A stretch of 32,000 nucleotides of DNA, taken from assembly GCA_027460535.1 (NCBI GenBank), contig JAPZAR010000015.1:30001-62000 (forward strand). Reading direction: 5' to 3'. The notes below the pieces were generated by a model. It was not told where the DNA came from, did not search any database, and was given only the letters and a program-made list of their open reading frames with translations. Below, one piece after another: positions 7,811 through 16,968 of the stretch (position 1 is the first letter of the stretch; every line of letters begins with the position of its first letter). Source of the DNA: Candidatus Methanoperedens sp. Lineage in GTDB: Archaea > Halobacteriota > Methanosarcinia > Methanosarcinales > Methanoperedenaceae. The translations under genes and the position numbers were made by a program.

Positions 7811-9615
7811 GATCTTACTACCTTTTTTAACCTGAAATAGAACCTACTCCCTTTTCCAAGCTCACTATCCACAAGAATTTCACTATTATGCGCCCTGATG
7901 ATACCGCTTGATATTGATAACCCAAGTCCGCTTCCGCCGATTTTTCGCCGCGATGTACTATCCACCTGGTAGAATTTATCGAATATTCTCTCTAATTTAT
8001 CCTTCTCTACCCCGATGCCATTATCCTCAATGTTGATTTCGATACTATCCTTCAATTCTTTTGCAGACAGAATGATTCTCCCACCGTCTGGTGTAAATTT
8101 CAATGCATTTCCAAGGAGATTATTCAACACAATAATAAGCTTTTCCCTATCGGCGAAGAGTGGAGAAAGTTTCCCGGGAATATTCATTGAAATGGTTATA
8201 TTTTTTTTCAACGCGAGCTGGCCGATATTTTCAAGAGTGACATTCGCGATTTCCTGGAAATCCACCTCTTCCATTTTAAACTCCATCTTACCAGCTTCGA
8301 TCTTTGATAGGTCAAGTATTTCATTTATCATCAGCGTCTGTCGATCAATATTCCTTATTATGATCGAAAGCATCTCTTTCTGGACTGCCATATCTGTCAC
8401 ATCCTCTGATTCGAGGAACTCTGCAGACGTCCTTATTGCAGAAAGGGGCGTCTTGAGTTCATGTGAGACAAGAGATATGAAATCCGATTTTAATGTATCC
8501 AGTTTTTTTAATTCTTCATTGGCAACAATGAGTTCTTTATTCTTTTCTGCCAGGTCTTTGTCTGCAATTTCGATTTTTGCTTCCAGTCTTTTTCTTATGT
8601 CCAGCAGTTCTTTTGCGGTCTGGTTGAATATTTCTGTAAGCCTTCCGATCTCATTTTTTGAAGAGACGGGGACTGGTTTGAAGTTCCCCTTCACAAGACC
8701 AAGGGCGCCTTCCTCCAGTGATTTTACGGGTTCTGTCAACCTCCTTGAGATAACAACAGCCAAAAGGACTACACAAAGGACAGCAAGAAAGGAGATGGCA
8801 ACGGTAAGCCTTCCCAGAACCAGGATTTCTGCATAAGCCTCATCCTTGTTCTTCTCCACAATGAGCCCCCATCTGTAAAGCGGCAGCCAGTAATACGACC
8901 CGAGGACTTTCTCACCCTTATAGTTGACATATTCCCCTGCTCCGTTCTTTTCATATGTCACTTCCCGGACCGCGAGATTATTGTTGATTTTTTCAAGCAG
9001 TATCATGGACCTGTTTTTGTGGAAGATAAGCTCCCCGTCTTTATTTACCATGAATATCTCGCCGAGCTTTCCGATATCAATGCCATCTATGATCCTGTAC
9101 AGGTTCTCCATACTGACCCTTGCTCCCATTATTCCTGTCATCGTGTCATTCTTCCTGATGGGGTTGGTTATCATTATTTCAGGAGAACCTGTGATGGCAG
9201 AAAAAGAAACATCCGAAATAAACATCTTTCCCCTGGCAGCTTCTGTGAAATAAGTTTTCATGCTTGCATTTCCCGTGTTGTTAAGCGTGGAGAATATGAT
9301 ATCGCCGTCAGGATTCATAATAAAAAACTCTTCGTATACACCTTCGTGCTCGCTTTCGAATGTATTCAGGTATTCATGAAGTTCTTCTTTTTTTGAATTC
9401 GCTGCTATCCGGGAGATAATACGGACATCATCCTTTCTTGCCTCCATCCAGTTATCTATCGCATGTCCCGCATTTTCAGTCGCACCCAGCAGGCTGTCTG
9501 TCACGGAAGCACTGATAGCGTCTTTGCCGTAATTATAGGATGTGTAAACAACGATGGACAGGGGGATTACTGAGATAAGCAGGAAAAATATTATCAGTTC
9601 GGACCGTATACCCAA
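7807..9615 (-). CDS. Sensor histidine kinase (TM - Cache-like extracellular domain - TM - HAMP - coiled coil - HisKA - HATPase_c)
   Basis: Two TM helices flank an extracytoplasmic domain of about 250 aa that has Cache-like repeats. The H-box is SHELKTPLSAI. The N-box is LLGNALKFTP, the G1 box is DNGIGV and the G2 box is GGSGLGLSI. The start is an apparent TTG at 9615, with AGGGG about 8 nt upstream. Confidence 0.85.
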   Translation of the reverse strand: MGIRSELIIFFLLISVIPLSIVVYTSYNYGKDAISASVTDSLLGATENAGHAIDNWMEARKDDVRIISRIAANSKKEELHEYLNTFESEHEGVYEEFFIMNPDGDIIFSTLNNTGNASMKTYFTEAARGKMFISDVSFSAITGSPEIMITNPIRKNDTMTGIMGARVSMENLYRIIDGIDIGKLGEIFMVNKDGELIFHKNRSMILLEKINNNLAVREVTYEKNGAGEYVNYKGEKVLGSYYWLPLYRWGLIVEKNKDEAYAEILVLGRLTVAISFLAVLCVVLLAVVISRRLTEPVKSLEEGALGLVKGNFKPVPVSSKNEIGRLTEIFNQTAKELLDIRKRLEAKIEIADKDLAEKNKELIVANEELKKLDTLKSDFISLVSHELKTPLSAIRTSAEFLESEDVTDMAVQKEMLSIIIRNIDRQTLMINEILDLSKIEAGKMEFKMEEVDFQEIANVTLENIGQLALKKNITISMNIPGKLSPLFADREKLIIVLNNLLGNALKFTPDGGRIILSAKELKDSIEINIEDNGIGVEKDKLERIFDKFYQVDSTSRRKIGGSGLGLSISSGIIRAHNSEILVDSELGKGSRFYFRLKKVVRS

Positions 9616-9645
9616 GGTCTAACCCCTACGTACTCAATTACATAA

Positions 9646-10155
9646 TTATATTTTTGTTTTTCTAAGGATTCTTTTAATGCGGGCTTTCAGTTCGCTGAGA
9701 TTGAACGGTTTTGTTACATAATCATCCGCCCCGATCTCGAAACCTTCCACTTTATCCCTTATTTCATCCCTGGCTGTCAGCATGATTATCGGTATCTTCT
9801 CCGTAACCTCATCTTTTTTTAACCTGCTGCATACCTCATATCCATCCATTCCCGGCATCATAAGATCAAGAATTACCAGGTCCGGTATTTCATTCTTTGA
9901 CTTTCTGATCGCCTCATGACCATCATAGGCTTCGAAAACATTATAATCATCAGCTTCAAGGGACCTCTTGAGCGGTAATAGAGCATCCATCTCATCGTCC
10001 ACTATCAGGATCTTTTGCCTTGTATCAGAAAAATGCCTTATCCTTCTTTCAACCTCTTCTTCCGGAACCCCCAGTTTTCGGGATATCTCTGAATAAGATA
10101 TACTCTCGTCTCGTTTTATTAATTCAATGATTTTATTATCTATATCGCTTTTCAT
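9646..10155 (-). CDS. Response regulator with an N-terminal HTH and a C-terminal receiver domain
   Basis: The N-terminal IIELIKRDESISYSEISRKLGVPEEEVERRIRHF is an Lrp/AsnC-type HTH. The REC domain follows with ILIVDDE, DLVILDLMMPGMDG, IIMLTA and ADDYVTKPF. The ATG overlaps the upstream wHTH gene stop in an ATGA. Confidence 0.85.
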   Translation of the reverse strand: MKSDIDNKIIELIKRDESISYSEISRKLGVPEEEVERRIRHFSDTRQKILIVDDEMDALLPLKRSLEADDYNVFEAYDGHEAIRKSKNEIPDLVILDLMMPGMDGYEVCSRLKKDEVTEKIPIIMLTARDEIRDKVEGFEIGADDYVTKPFNLSELKARIKRILRKTKI

Positions 10156-10457
10156 TGCTTATCACCGGCATTGTTAGTCATGTTTTTCAAATCAATATAT
10201 ACTTTAAGTAAATATTTTGTAAGCTCACTCTCCTGGTTCAACCTGAATATCCTGATCTGCTTGCCAAGCGATCTCTCTTTTATTATCTCCTGCTCCAGGA
10301 GCGGTTCGATAACCCTTGACACTGTGGAATGGGAAAGACCGGTCTCGTAAGCAATCCCTGATAGATATGTATCGTTATCTTTATTATTAAGAAGGAATTC
10401 CAGAACTGTCAGTTGAGCGGTCTTGCCAAAGATTTTTTCAAGAAATGCAGTATGCAT
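10152..10457 (-). CDS. Small winged-helix (ArsR/MarR-like) transcriptional regulator
   Basis: TAQLTVLEFLLNNKDNDTYLSGIAYETGLSHSTVSRVIEPLLEQEIIKERSLGKQIRIFRL fits an HTH plus wing layout. It is the first gene of the four-gene minus-strand cluster. Confidence 0.6.
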   Translation of the reverse strand: MHTAFLEKIFGKTAQLTVLEFLLNNKDNDTYLSGIAYETGLSHSTVSRVIEPLLEQEIIKERSLGKQIRIFRLNQESELTKYLLKVYIDLKNMTNNAGDKQ

Positions 10458-10729
10458 ATATGGTTAATTTTCTTCATTGGCTATATATCTTGTCTTTATT
10501 TAAGCAGTCCTGAATTTTAATGATTGAGGTCAAAATAATAATTATTAAATCTTGTCGTTATTTATATAGACTCTAATTATATTTGTTAAATCTCGACCAT
10601 AAATATTAAATACTATAATGTTTATTTACTAACTTGTCGATTAATAGACCAATGAATGCAAAATTAGAATGGTGGTATGTGTGTTTGGCAGGTTGGGTGG
10701 TGGGGATATGGTGGTTTATGCCTTGAGCT

Positions 10730-10754
10730 CCTGTATCTCATTTGAAGATACAGG
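10730..10754 (+). promoter_or_regulatory. Perfect 9-bp hairpin or palindrome in the divergent control region
   Basis: CCTGTATCT (10730-10738) pairs with AGATACAGG (10746-10754) across a 7-nt loop. The stem extends with a bulge to GAGC/GCTC (10725-10757). It lies about 55 nt upstream of the 10809 ATG. Confidence 0.35.
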
Positions 10755-10808
10755 CTCGGGCATTAGTGGACAGGTAAATTAAATACCGAACCGAACCAAG
10801 AAATATAT

Positions 10809-11699
10809 ATGATTCTGCTCACCGGAGCGACCGGTTTTATAGGAGGGCATGTCCTGAAGGCACTGTCCGAAAGAAAAATCCCTGTCAGATGCCTTTCCCG
10901 AAAATCCTTACCCTCCGAAAATCCTGATATCAACTACGTATCAGGGGATGTTTTGAATTATGACTCGCTTCTTAGTGCAACAGCAAGTGTTGATACTGTT
11001 TACTACTTTATTCACATGATGGGTGAGCAAAAAGAGCAGAAAAAATTCGACATACTGGACAGAATTGCCGTCACAAATATGGTCAAAGCGTGCAAGACCA
11101 ATGGAGTCAAAAGGATAATCCATCTCACAGGCATGAGCAACCCCCGCGAGAAGCTCTCGCACCATCTTGCCAGCAGGAGAGAAGTGGAAGAGATCATCAA
11201 GGAGAGCGGCATCGATTATACGATCTTCAGGGCTTCGGTAATAATTGGCAGGGGTGGCGCGGCCTTTGAAATCCTTGACACTGTTGTGAGAAAATTTCCC
11301 ATAGTTCCCGTTTTCAACTGGGAAAATTCGAAAGTTCAGACCATTTATATCGGGGATGTGATACGTTATCTGGTGGAATGCCTCGATAAAAAGGAGACCA
11401 TTAACAGAAGCTTTGATATAGGCAGTTCCCAGGTTTTGACATACAGAGAACTGATGCAGCAATATGCCAAAGAAATTGGACTGAAAAGGATATTTATAAG
11501 GATACCTGGTTCGTGGCACCGGGTTTCTTCAATGTTTCTCGGGAAGCTTGCACCGGTGAATCCGGATGTTGTTTACTGGTTGATAGAATCATTGCGTAAC
11601 AATATGATATGTGAACCGAACGACCTTAAGAAAATTTTCGGTTTTGAGCCTATTTCATTTAAAGATAGCATAAAGAAAATAAGCGAATCTGGTCAATGA
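10809..11699 (+). CDS. NAD(P)-binding Rossmann protein of the NmrA / atypical SDR (epimerase-like) family
   Basis: ILLTGATGFIGGHV is a glycine-rich dinucleotide-binding motif at the extreme N-terminus. The 296-aa length and overall layout fit an atypical SDR. Confidence 0.75.
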   Translation: MILLTGATGFIGGHVLKALSERKIPVRCLSRKSLPSENPDINYVSGDVLNYDSLLSATASVDTVYYFIHMMGEQKEQKKFDILDRIAVTNMVKACKTNGVKRIIHLTGMSNPREKLSHHLASRREVEEIIKESGIDYTIFRASVIIGRGGAAFEILDTVVRKFPIVPVFNWENSKVQTIYIGDVIRYLVECLDKKETINRSFDIGSSQVLTYRELMQQYAKEIGLKRIFIRIPGSWHRVSSMFLGKLAPVNPDVVYWLIESLRNNMICEPNDLKKIFGFEPISFKDSIKKISESGQ

Positions 11700-12448
11700 C
11701 TTCGAGATTTGATCGCATTGACAAGCTCTTCTATCTTCCCTTTGACATCCCCGACCTGTTCAACAACCGTGCCCGTGCATATCATATCTGCGCCAGCCAT
11801 TACCCTTTCTCTGGCTGTGGGCCCATCGCGGATCCCACCTCCAACGATAACCTTTGTTGTTTTCCCCACTGCCTTTTTGACGGCAGCTACCATTTCAACA
11901 GGCACGGGCTTATCCGCGCCAGACCCGGCTTCCAGATATATATAGTGCATACCGAGATATTTTGCAGCAAGTGAATATGCAACAGCCAGCTTGGGTTTAT
12001 TCCTTGGTATCAACCTCGCATCTCCAACCCAGCCCGCAGCTCCTCCGGGTTCTATCACGATATACGCCATGGATATCGGTTCAATACCGTGTTTATATAT
12101 CAATGGAGCCCCGATCGCCTGATTCGTAGTAATATAATTGACATCCCTGGAATTGAGAAGGCTCATAAAAAAAACCGCATCTGCGTTCTCGCTCAAACCC
12201 CCGGCATTTCCCGGGAACAGTATGACCGGAAGATCGCAGGCTATTTTTATGGCTTTTACTGTTTGTTCAACTGTGCCCCCAGTTGCTCCGGTAGAGCCAC
12301 CTACCATGATGGCGTCAGTGCCGCCGAGCGCTGCCTCCCGTGCAATATTTCCTGCAACTTCAGGGGTCTGAGAATCGGGATCTATAAGAGTTAGGTGAAC
12401 TGCGCCTTCTTTTTCTACTAACTGGTTGAGGCGTTCCTCTACTCCCAT
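11693..12448 (-). CDS. Geranylgeranylglyceryl phosphate synthase (PcrB/GGGPS family)
   Basis: HLTLIDPD, GGTDAIMVGGS, IYLEAGSGA and VIVGGGIR are typical of GGGP synthase TIM barrels. The gene overlaps the convergent gene by 7 nt. Confidence 0.85.
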   Translation of the reverse strand: MGVEERLNQLVEKEGAVHLTLIDPDSQTPEVAGNIAREAALGGTDAIMVGGSTGATGGTVEQTVKAIKIACDLPVILFPGNAGGLSENADAVFFMSLLNSRDVNYITTNQAIGAPLIYKHGIEPISMAYIVIEPGGAAGWVGDARLIPRNKPKLAVAYSLAAKYLGMHYIYLEAGSGADKPVPVEMVAAVKKAVGKTTKVIVGGGIRDGPTARERVMAGADMICTGTVVEQVGDVKGKIEELVNAIKSRSH

Positions 12449-12454
12449 TACAAA

Positions 12455-12610
12455 TTACGTTCCTTTGCCCTTTATTTCCTTGGATTTCGGTCTAAGACCT
12501 GTATATCCGCATTTTCTGCATCTGGTAGCACGTAATGAGTTGCGCGCATTGCATTTCATGCATATCTTCATGTGTAAGAGTACTTTTTCCGCTTCTGGGA
12601 ATCTTGCCAT
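12455..12610 (-). CDS. rpl40e: 50S ribosomal protein L40e
   Basis: This gene is absent from the ORF track because it is under 60 aa. My manual translation is [51 protein letters not shown]. It has the CxxC...CxxC zinc ribbon and the [10 protein letters not shown]...RCRKCGY...LRPK pattern of archaeal L40e. GAGGT lies 6 nt upstream of the ATG. Confidence 0.85.
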   Translation of the reverse strand: MARFPEAEKVLLHMKICMKCNARNSLRATRCRKCGYTGLRPKSKEIKGKGT

Positions 12611-12664
12611 AATTTACCTCTGGTGGACTGCTAACTTATATGTCATTGGATATTAACTCTTTGC

Positions 12665-13057
12665 TCAAAAGGTGCTTTTCTTCTTCTCCTCGACCTGCCG
12701 CACTATCTGCGGGTAATTGCCGAATACCGCTGCCAGGTCGATGGTGCACACAACATCCACGACGCCGATTGCGGCTATCGGTTTTCCGTCATTGTCCTTT
12801 AAGGGAGTGACAACTACAGGTATTCCTTTATAGGCTCCCCTGTCTGGAATGGTATGGATCACTGTATTCTTTACAAAAGCCTCTTCGAGTACAGGACCGG
12901 TGTAATCCATATCAGTCACTTTTCCTCTCTCAAGCCTTACCCCTTTTTTGTTCTTGCTTCTCATTGTGACAGGAAGAGAGAGCAATTCATGTACCATTTC
13001 TGCAAAAGGGAGGATTTCCTCACTCGAAGAATTTTCCGATATACGCATTTCAGACAT
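12665..13057 (-). CDS. Conserved-looking archaeal hypothetical protein; family not securely recognised
   Basis: I trimmed the start to ATG 13057 (MSEMRISEN...), which has AAGGAG 8 nt upstream. It is co-directional with the AMMECR1 - L40e - GGGPS string and tightly packed within it. Confidence 0.5.
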   Translation of the reverse strand: MSEMRISENSSSEEILPFAEMVHELLSLPVTMRSKNKKGVRLERGKVTDMDYTGPVLEEAFVKNTVIHTIPDRGAYKGIPVVVTPLKDNDGKPIAAIGVVDVVCTIDLAAVFGNYPQIVRQVEEKKKSTF

Positions 13058-13085
13058 ATTAACACTCCTTAACACTGTTTAACGT

Positions 13086-13688
13086 TCATTGGGTAATTAT
13101 TTTTTCCCTTACTTCTCCCCCAGGTTCTAACTCCCCGAATATTTGACCTTCAAAAGAATAGACCTCTGCACCTTCAAGCCACGCATCAGGCATGAGTCCG
13201 GCCTTCATGCATGTCTGGCAGAGGAATTCAGTGCTATCAAAACCATGCTCCACCGCCACCTGCGGAAGCAGGAGTCCCTGGCACCTGCCTGCTGCAACTA
13301 TCAACCCGTCTCTTCCGATGACTATACTGTCAGGCATTTCTTTGGGTTTTGCTTTGATGCGCTTAGGCACAGTGAGTACAGTAATCTCAATGACCAGGTC
13401 TCCTATCTCCTCTGGTTTTACAGGATGAAAACGTGGATCCTCCCTGGCTGCATTAATGGCTGATACTATTATAGCTTCCCCGAGTGGCAATATCGGATAT
13501 GGGCGGCCTATGCAGCCGCGGAGCTGTTTCGTATCATTTTTTTCATTTAAGGTAACGAAGACACCGCGTTTTTCACGGAACACCGGGGGCAGGTCATCAG
13601 GTTTTATCTTTGTTCCATTCTTGAGACATTCTTCAATAGCACTGCGGGCAAGCCTTATTGCCAGCTCTCCCTCTGATTCTGTAAGCAT
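13086..13688 (-). CDS. AMMECR1 domain protein
   Basis: RGVFVTL, LRGCIG and REDPRFHPV, followed by IEITVLTVP, form the AMMECR1 signature. The start is taken at ATG 13688 (MLTESEG...). Confidence 0.85.
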   Translation of the reverse strand: MLTESEGELAIRLARSAIEECLKNGTKIKPDDLPPVFREKRGVFVTLNEKNDTKQLRGCIGRPYPILPLGEAIIVSAINAAREDPRFHPVKPEEIGDLVIEITVLTVPKRIKAKPKEMPDSIVIGRDGLIVAAGRCQGLLLPQVAVEHGFDSTEFLCQTCMKAGLMPDAWLEGAEVYSFEGQIFGELEPGGEVREKIITQ

Positions 13689-13823
13689 AATCAAGAATTA
13701 TCCTGCAAGGATATATGTTTTTTTAGGGGATGAGGATTGAGAATAAAATACCATCTTCTCAATCCGCAACCAATCAAGACTTTTTAGATATTTAGATTCG
13801 ATGATAGCGGGGTGAAAGTAAAC

Positions 13824-15482
13824 CTACATCATCATTCCGGGAGGCATGCCTCCCATACCGCCGCATGGAGCGCCACCCTGGCCGCAACTTCCTGCCTCGC
13901 CGCCGCCCGTAGCCGCGAGAACATCATCGATCCTCAATATCATGATCGCTGCTTCGGTCGCTGAATAAATGGCCTGTGTCTTCACCCGTAGAGGTTCGAT
14001 AACGCCGTTCTCCCACATATTCTCCACTTTTCCGGTGTAAACATTAAGACCTCCATCCTTGTTCCCATTTTCATGCTGGCTTCGAAGTTCAGCCATCATA
14101 TCTATGGGGTCAAGTCCCGCATTCTCAGCAAGGGTTTTCGGGATAACCTCAAGCGCTTCTGCGAACTTTGTCACTGCGAGCTGCTCCCTGCCTTTCAACG
14201 AAGATGCGTACTCCCTTAACCTCAGGGACAGTTCGGTCTCTGGAGAACCTGCACCTGCTACCAGTTTTTCATCTTCGATCGCAACACTTACTGCTCTCAA
14301 GGCATCCTCAAGAGCCCTCTCGGTGCTGTCCAATACATGCTCTGTCCCACCGCGGATGAGTATCGACACAGCCCTGGGATTGCTACATTCGGTAATGTAA
14401 AGGATCTTATCCTCGCCATTCCCCCTGATTTCTACAAGCCCGGCACTTCCTATATCCGAGGTTTTAAAATCATCGACACTCGTGATGAGATTAGCACCAA
14501 TTGCCCTGGCTATTTTTTCCATATCATTTTTCTCGACACGCTCAACTGCAAGGATATTCGCCTTTGCCAGGAAATGTTGGGCGATGTCATCAATCCCCAG
14601 CTGGCAGAGCACTACATTAGCTCCTGCAGCTGCGATCCTGCCCACGATGTCCTGGACGATCTTCTCCTCCTGGTCCAGGTAATTCTGGAGCTCGCCTGGT
14701 GTGGAAATCTTGATCTCGGCATCGAGTTCCATCTTGCTGAATTCAATAGGACGGGTAATAAGGGCGATTTTCGCATTTTTAACATTGTCTGGCATGTTAC
14801 TGTGGGCCTTGTCCTTATCAAGAACAATCCCCTTGATTAACTCGCTATCATCCAGGCTTTTACCCCCCTTTTTCTCGATTTTTATATTGTCGATATCAAT
14901 TAACTTCTTGCCATCCTCTTCTTCCACAATGGATCTTATCGCAGTCACGGCAATTCTTGCGAGTTTTTCCTTTGAACCCTCTGCGCCTTTTCCGGTCATG
15001 GCTGTTTTTGCGATGTTGAGAAGGGATTCCTCGTCGTCCTCTGTTATCGTATGTGTGATATCTTTCAGGATCTCAATCGCTTTTTCAGCCGCCATCCTGT
15101 AGCCGCTCCCGATGGTCGTAGGGTGGACATCCTGTTCCAGCAGCATTTCGGCACGTTCGAGCAGTTCTCCGGTAAGCACTGCGCCGGTCGTTGTGCCATC
15201 GCCTACCTCATCGTCCATGGTCTTTGCCACTTCGACCAGCATTTTTGCAGCCGGGTGCTGGATATCCATCTCTCTCAGGATCGTCACACCGTCGTTCGTG
15301 ATCGTGATATCCCCGCCGCCCACGAGCATCTTATCCATGCCTTTTGGTCCGAGCGTGGTTCTCACGGCAGCTGCTACCGCCTTCGCAGCCATGATATTAT
15401 TGCTCCGGGCTTCTTTCCCCCGTGTTCTCTCCGTACCTTCTCTTAAAATTATGATGGGCTGTCCGCCAAGTTGTGTCGCCAT
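13824..15482 (-). CDS. ths: Thermosome subunit (group II chaperonin)
   Basis: [19 protein letters not shown]..., [27 protein letters not shown] and a [13 protein letters not shown]-terminal tail are all present. I chose ATG 15482 because GGAGG (15492-15496) sits 9 nt upstream of it. Confidence 0.95.
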   Translation of the reverse strand: MATQLGGQPIIILREGTERTRGKEARSNNIMAAKAVAAAVRTTLGPKGMDKMLVGGGDITITNDGVTILREMDIQHPAAKMLVEVAKTMDDEVGDGTTTGAVLTGELLERAEMLLEQDVHPTTIGSGYRMAAEKAIEILKDITHTITEDDEESLLNIAKTAMTGKGAEGSKEKLARIAVTAIRSIVEEEDGKKLIDIDNIKIEKKGGKSLDDSELIKGIVLDKDKAHSNMPDNVKNAKIALITRPIEFSKMELDAEIKISTPGELQNYLDQEEKIVQDIVGRIAAAGANVVLCQLGIDDIAQHFLAKANILAVERVEKNDMEKIARAIGANLITSVDDFKTSDIGSAGLVEIRGNGEDKILYITECSNPRAVSILIRGGTEHVLDSTERALEDALRAVSVAIEDEKLVAGAGSPETELSLRLREYASSLKGREQLAVTKFAEALEVIPKTLAENAGLDPIDMMAELRSQHENGNKDGGLNVYTGKVENMWENGVIEPLRVKTQAIYSATEAAIMILRIDDVLAATGGGEAGSCGQGGAPCGGMGGMPPGMMM

Positions 15483-15530
15483 GAATATCATCCTCCAGAT
15501 ATTTGTTATTGCTATTTTTGTCTGCAGGCA

Positions 15531-15540
15531 ATTATATAAA
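15531..15540 (-). promoter_or_regulatory. Candidate TATA box for the thermosome gene
   Basis: The minus strand reads TTTATATAAT about 50 nt upstream of ATG 15482, in an otherwise gene-free gap. Confidence 0.3.
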
Positions 15541-15637
15541 AGTAAACCAATTATACAAATGCCATGCTCGATTGAGGCAAAACAATGTTTGAAGTTCTAT
15601 ATAAGAATTGCGTTGACAATGTACCCTTTGACAAATC

Positions 15638-16783
15638 TCATTTTAACACATTGCTGGCAGCCTCGACGCCAGGACCCATCTTCTTCACGATATTATTCTT
15701 GTGGAGCACTATCTCCACTGCCTGTACTGTGCTTAAAATATCGAGTTTGCTGATATTACCCATGCTTCCGATCCTGAAAATCTTGCCTTCAAGAGGTCCC
15801 TGACCGCCAGAAATTTGGATACCGAGCTCCTTTATCCCGCCACGAAGTTTCTTGTCATCGATGCCCGTGGGTATTTTCATGGCGGTGACCGTGTTTGAAT
15901 ATTTACTGGAATTATTCAACTGCGGGAACATCTCTACATCCATCGCATCGGCAGAGGCTCGCAACGCTTCTGCATACATGGCATGGCGCTTGATGCGAGC
16001 ATCAAGCCCTTCTTCCTTTACGATCTTGAGTGCCTCGTGCAGTGCGAAGAAAAGCGGAACAGCCGGGGTATATGGCGTTTGCGCGGTCTCTTTGCCTGCT
16101 GATTTCTTATAGGCTTTCAAATCCATGTAATAAGGCGGCTTCTCCACCATGGAATCCCATGCCTTCTTGCTGACCGATATCGCTGATAATCCAGGAGGAG
16201 CGCCTATGCATTTCTGCGAGCCCACGACTGCGATATCCACGCCCCATTTATCCGCGAGTACTTCATCCCCGCCTATCGTGGTAACGCCGTCCATTATGAA
16301 CAGAGCTCCATATTTCTTAGCAAGGTCCCCGACCTCTTTTGCCGGGTTCTTGATGCCCACTGAAGTGTCATTGTGCACAAGTGTAACTGCCTTAACCCCT
16401 TCGGCAAGCGCGCTCTCGACTTTATCCAGTTCTATGGATTCCCCTTTCGCCCAGTCGAATTTGACAGGCTTTACATTGCCGTATCTTTCTCCGATCTCCC
16501 TGAATCTTTCCCCGAATTTCCCGTTCTCGACGGTCACGAGCGTATCCTTTTCGCCGATAACGTTCCCGACAGCTGCCTCCATGGCACAGCTGCCTGAGCC
16601 GCTTATAATATACATATCGTTCTTAGTTCCGAAGAGCTCCTGCAGGGTCGATCTGCATTCATTGTACATATCGCCGAACTCCTTGCCGCGGTGCCCGATT
16701 ATGGGTTTTGACATTGCACGGAGTATTCGGGGTGCTACGGGCACAGGACCTGGTATCATAAGTAAAGTATTTTCAAGATTCAT
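15638..16783 (-). CDS. Class V pyridoxal-phosphate aminotransferase (serine-glyoxylate / aspartate / phosphoserine aminotransferase-like)
   Basis: LMIPGPVPV at the N-terminus, [22 protein letters not shown] and [13 protein letters not shown] (PLP lysine context) are typical of AGT-family class V enzymes. Confidence 0.85.
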   Translation of the reverse strand: MNLENTLLMIPGPVPVAPRILRAMSKPIIGHRGKEFGDMYNECRSTLQELFGTKNDMYIISGSGSCAMEAAVGNVIGEKDTLVTVENGKFGERFREIGERYGNVKPVKFDWAKGESIELDKVESALAEGVKAVTLVHNDTSVGIKNPAKEVGDLAKKYGALFIMDGVTTIGGDEVLADKWGVDIAVVGSQKCIGAPPGLSAISVSKKAWDSMVEKPPYYMDLKAYKKSAGKETAQTPYTPAVPLFFALHEALKIVKEEGLDARIKRHAMYAEALRASADAMDVEMFPQLNNSSKYSNTVTAMKIPTGIDDKKLRGGIKELGIQISGGQGPLEGKIFRIGSMGNISKLDILSTVQAVEIVLHKNNIVKKMGPGVEAASNVLK

Positions 16784-16968
16784 TAAGAGTCTCTCCTTTT
16801 ATGCTCAATATTTTTTTGCATATACAACTAACTTGCATGTATATCTTTTGCCGGAAAAAGGGGACATATCTCTCAATCAAACCTGGTCTTGTATGTTAAT
16901 TATTATCATAATGAATTGTATGGGAAATGCTTTTAAGCAATGATACCATTAACAGTATCGGTGATTTG

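Noticed and set aside
8015-8836. A 273-aa plus-strand ORF antisense to the histidine kinase. Similar long antisense ORFs occur at 15112-15753, 16149-16943, 24139-24831 and 26713-27504.
   Set aside because: All lie entirely inside strongly supported genes on the opposite strand. They have Ser/Pro/Thr/Ile-rich low-complexity composition with no recognisable motifs. These are typical shadow ORFs of moderately GC-balanced coding DNA.
10671-10722. A G/T-rich, C-poor tract (GGTGG repeats) as a potential G-quadruplex.
   Set aside because: The G runs are mostly only 2-4 nt long and irregular. The bias is equally explained by the Trp/Gly/Val codons of the 24-codon mini-ORF. I kept the mini-ORF as the observation instead.
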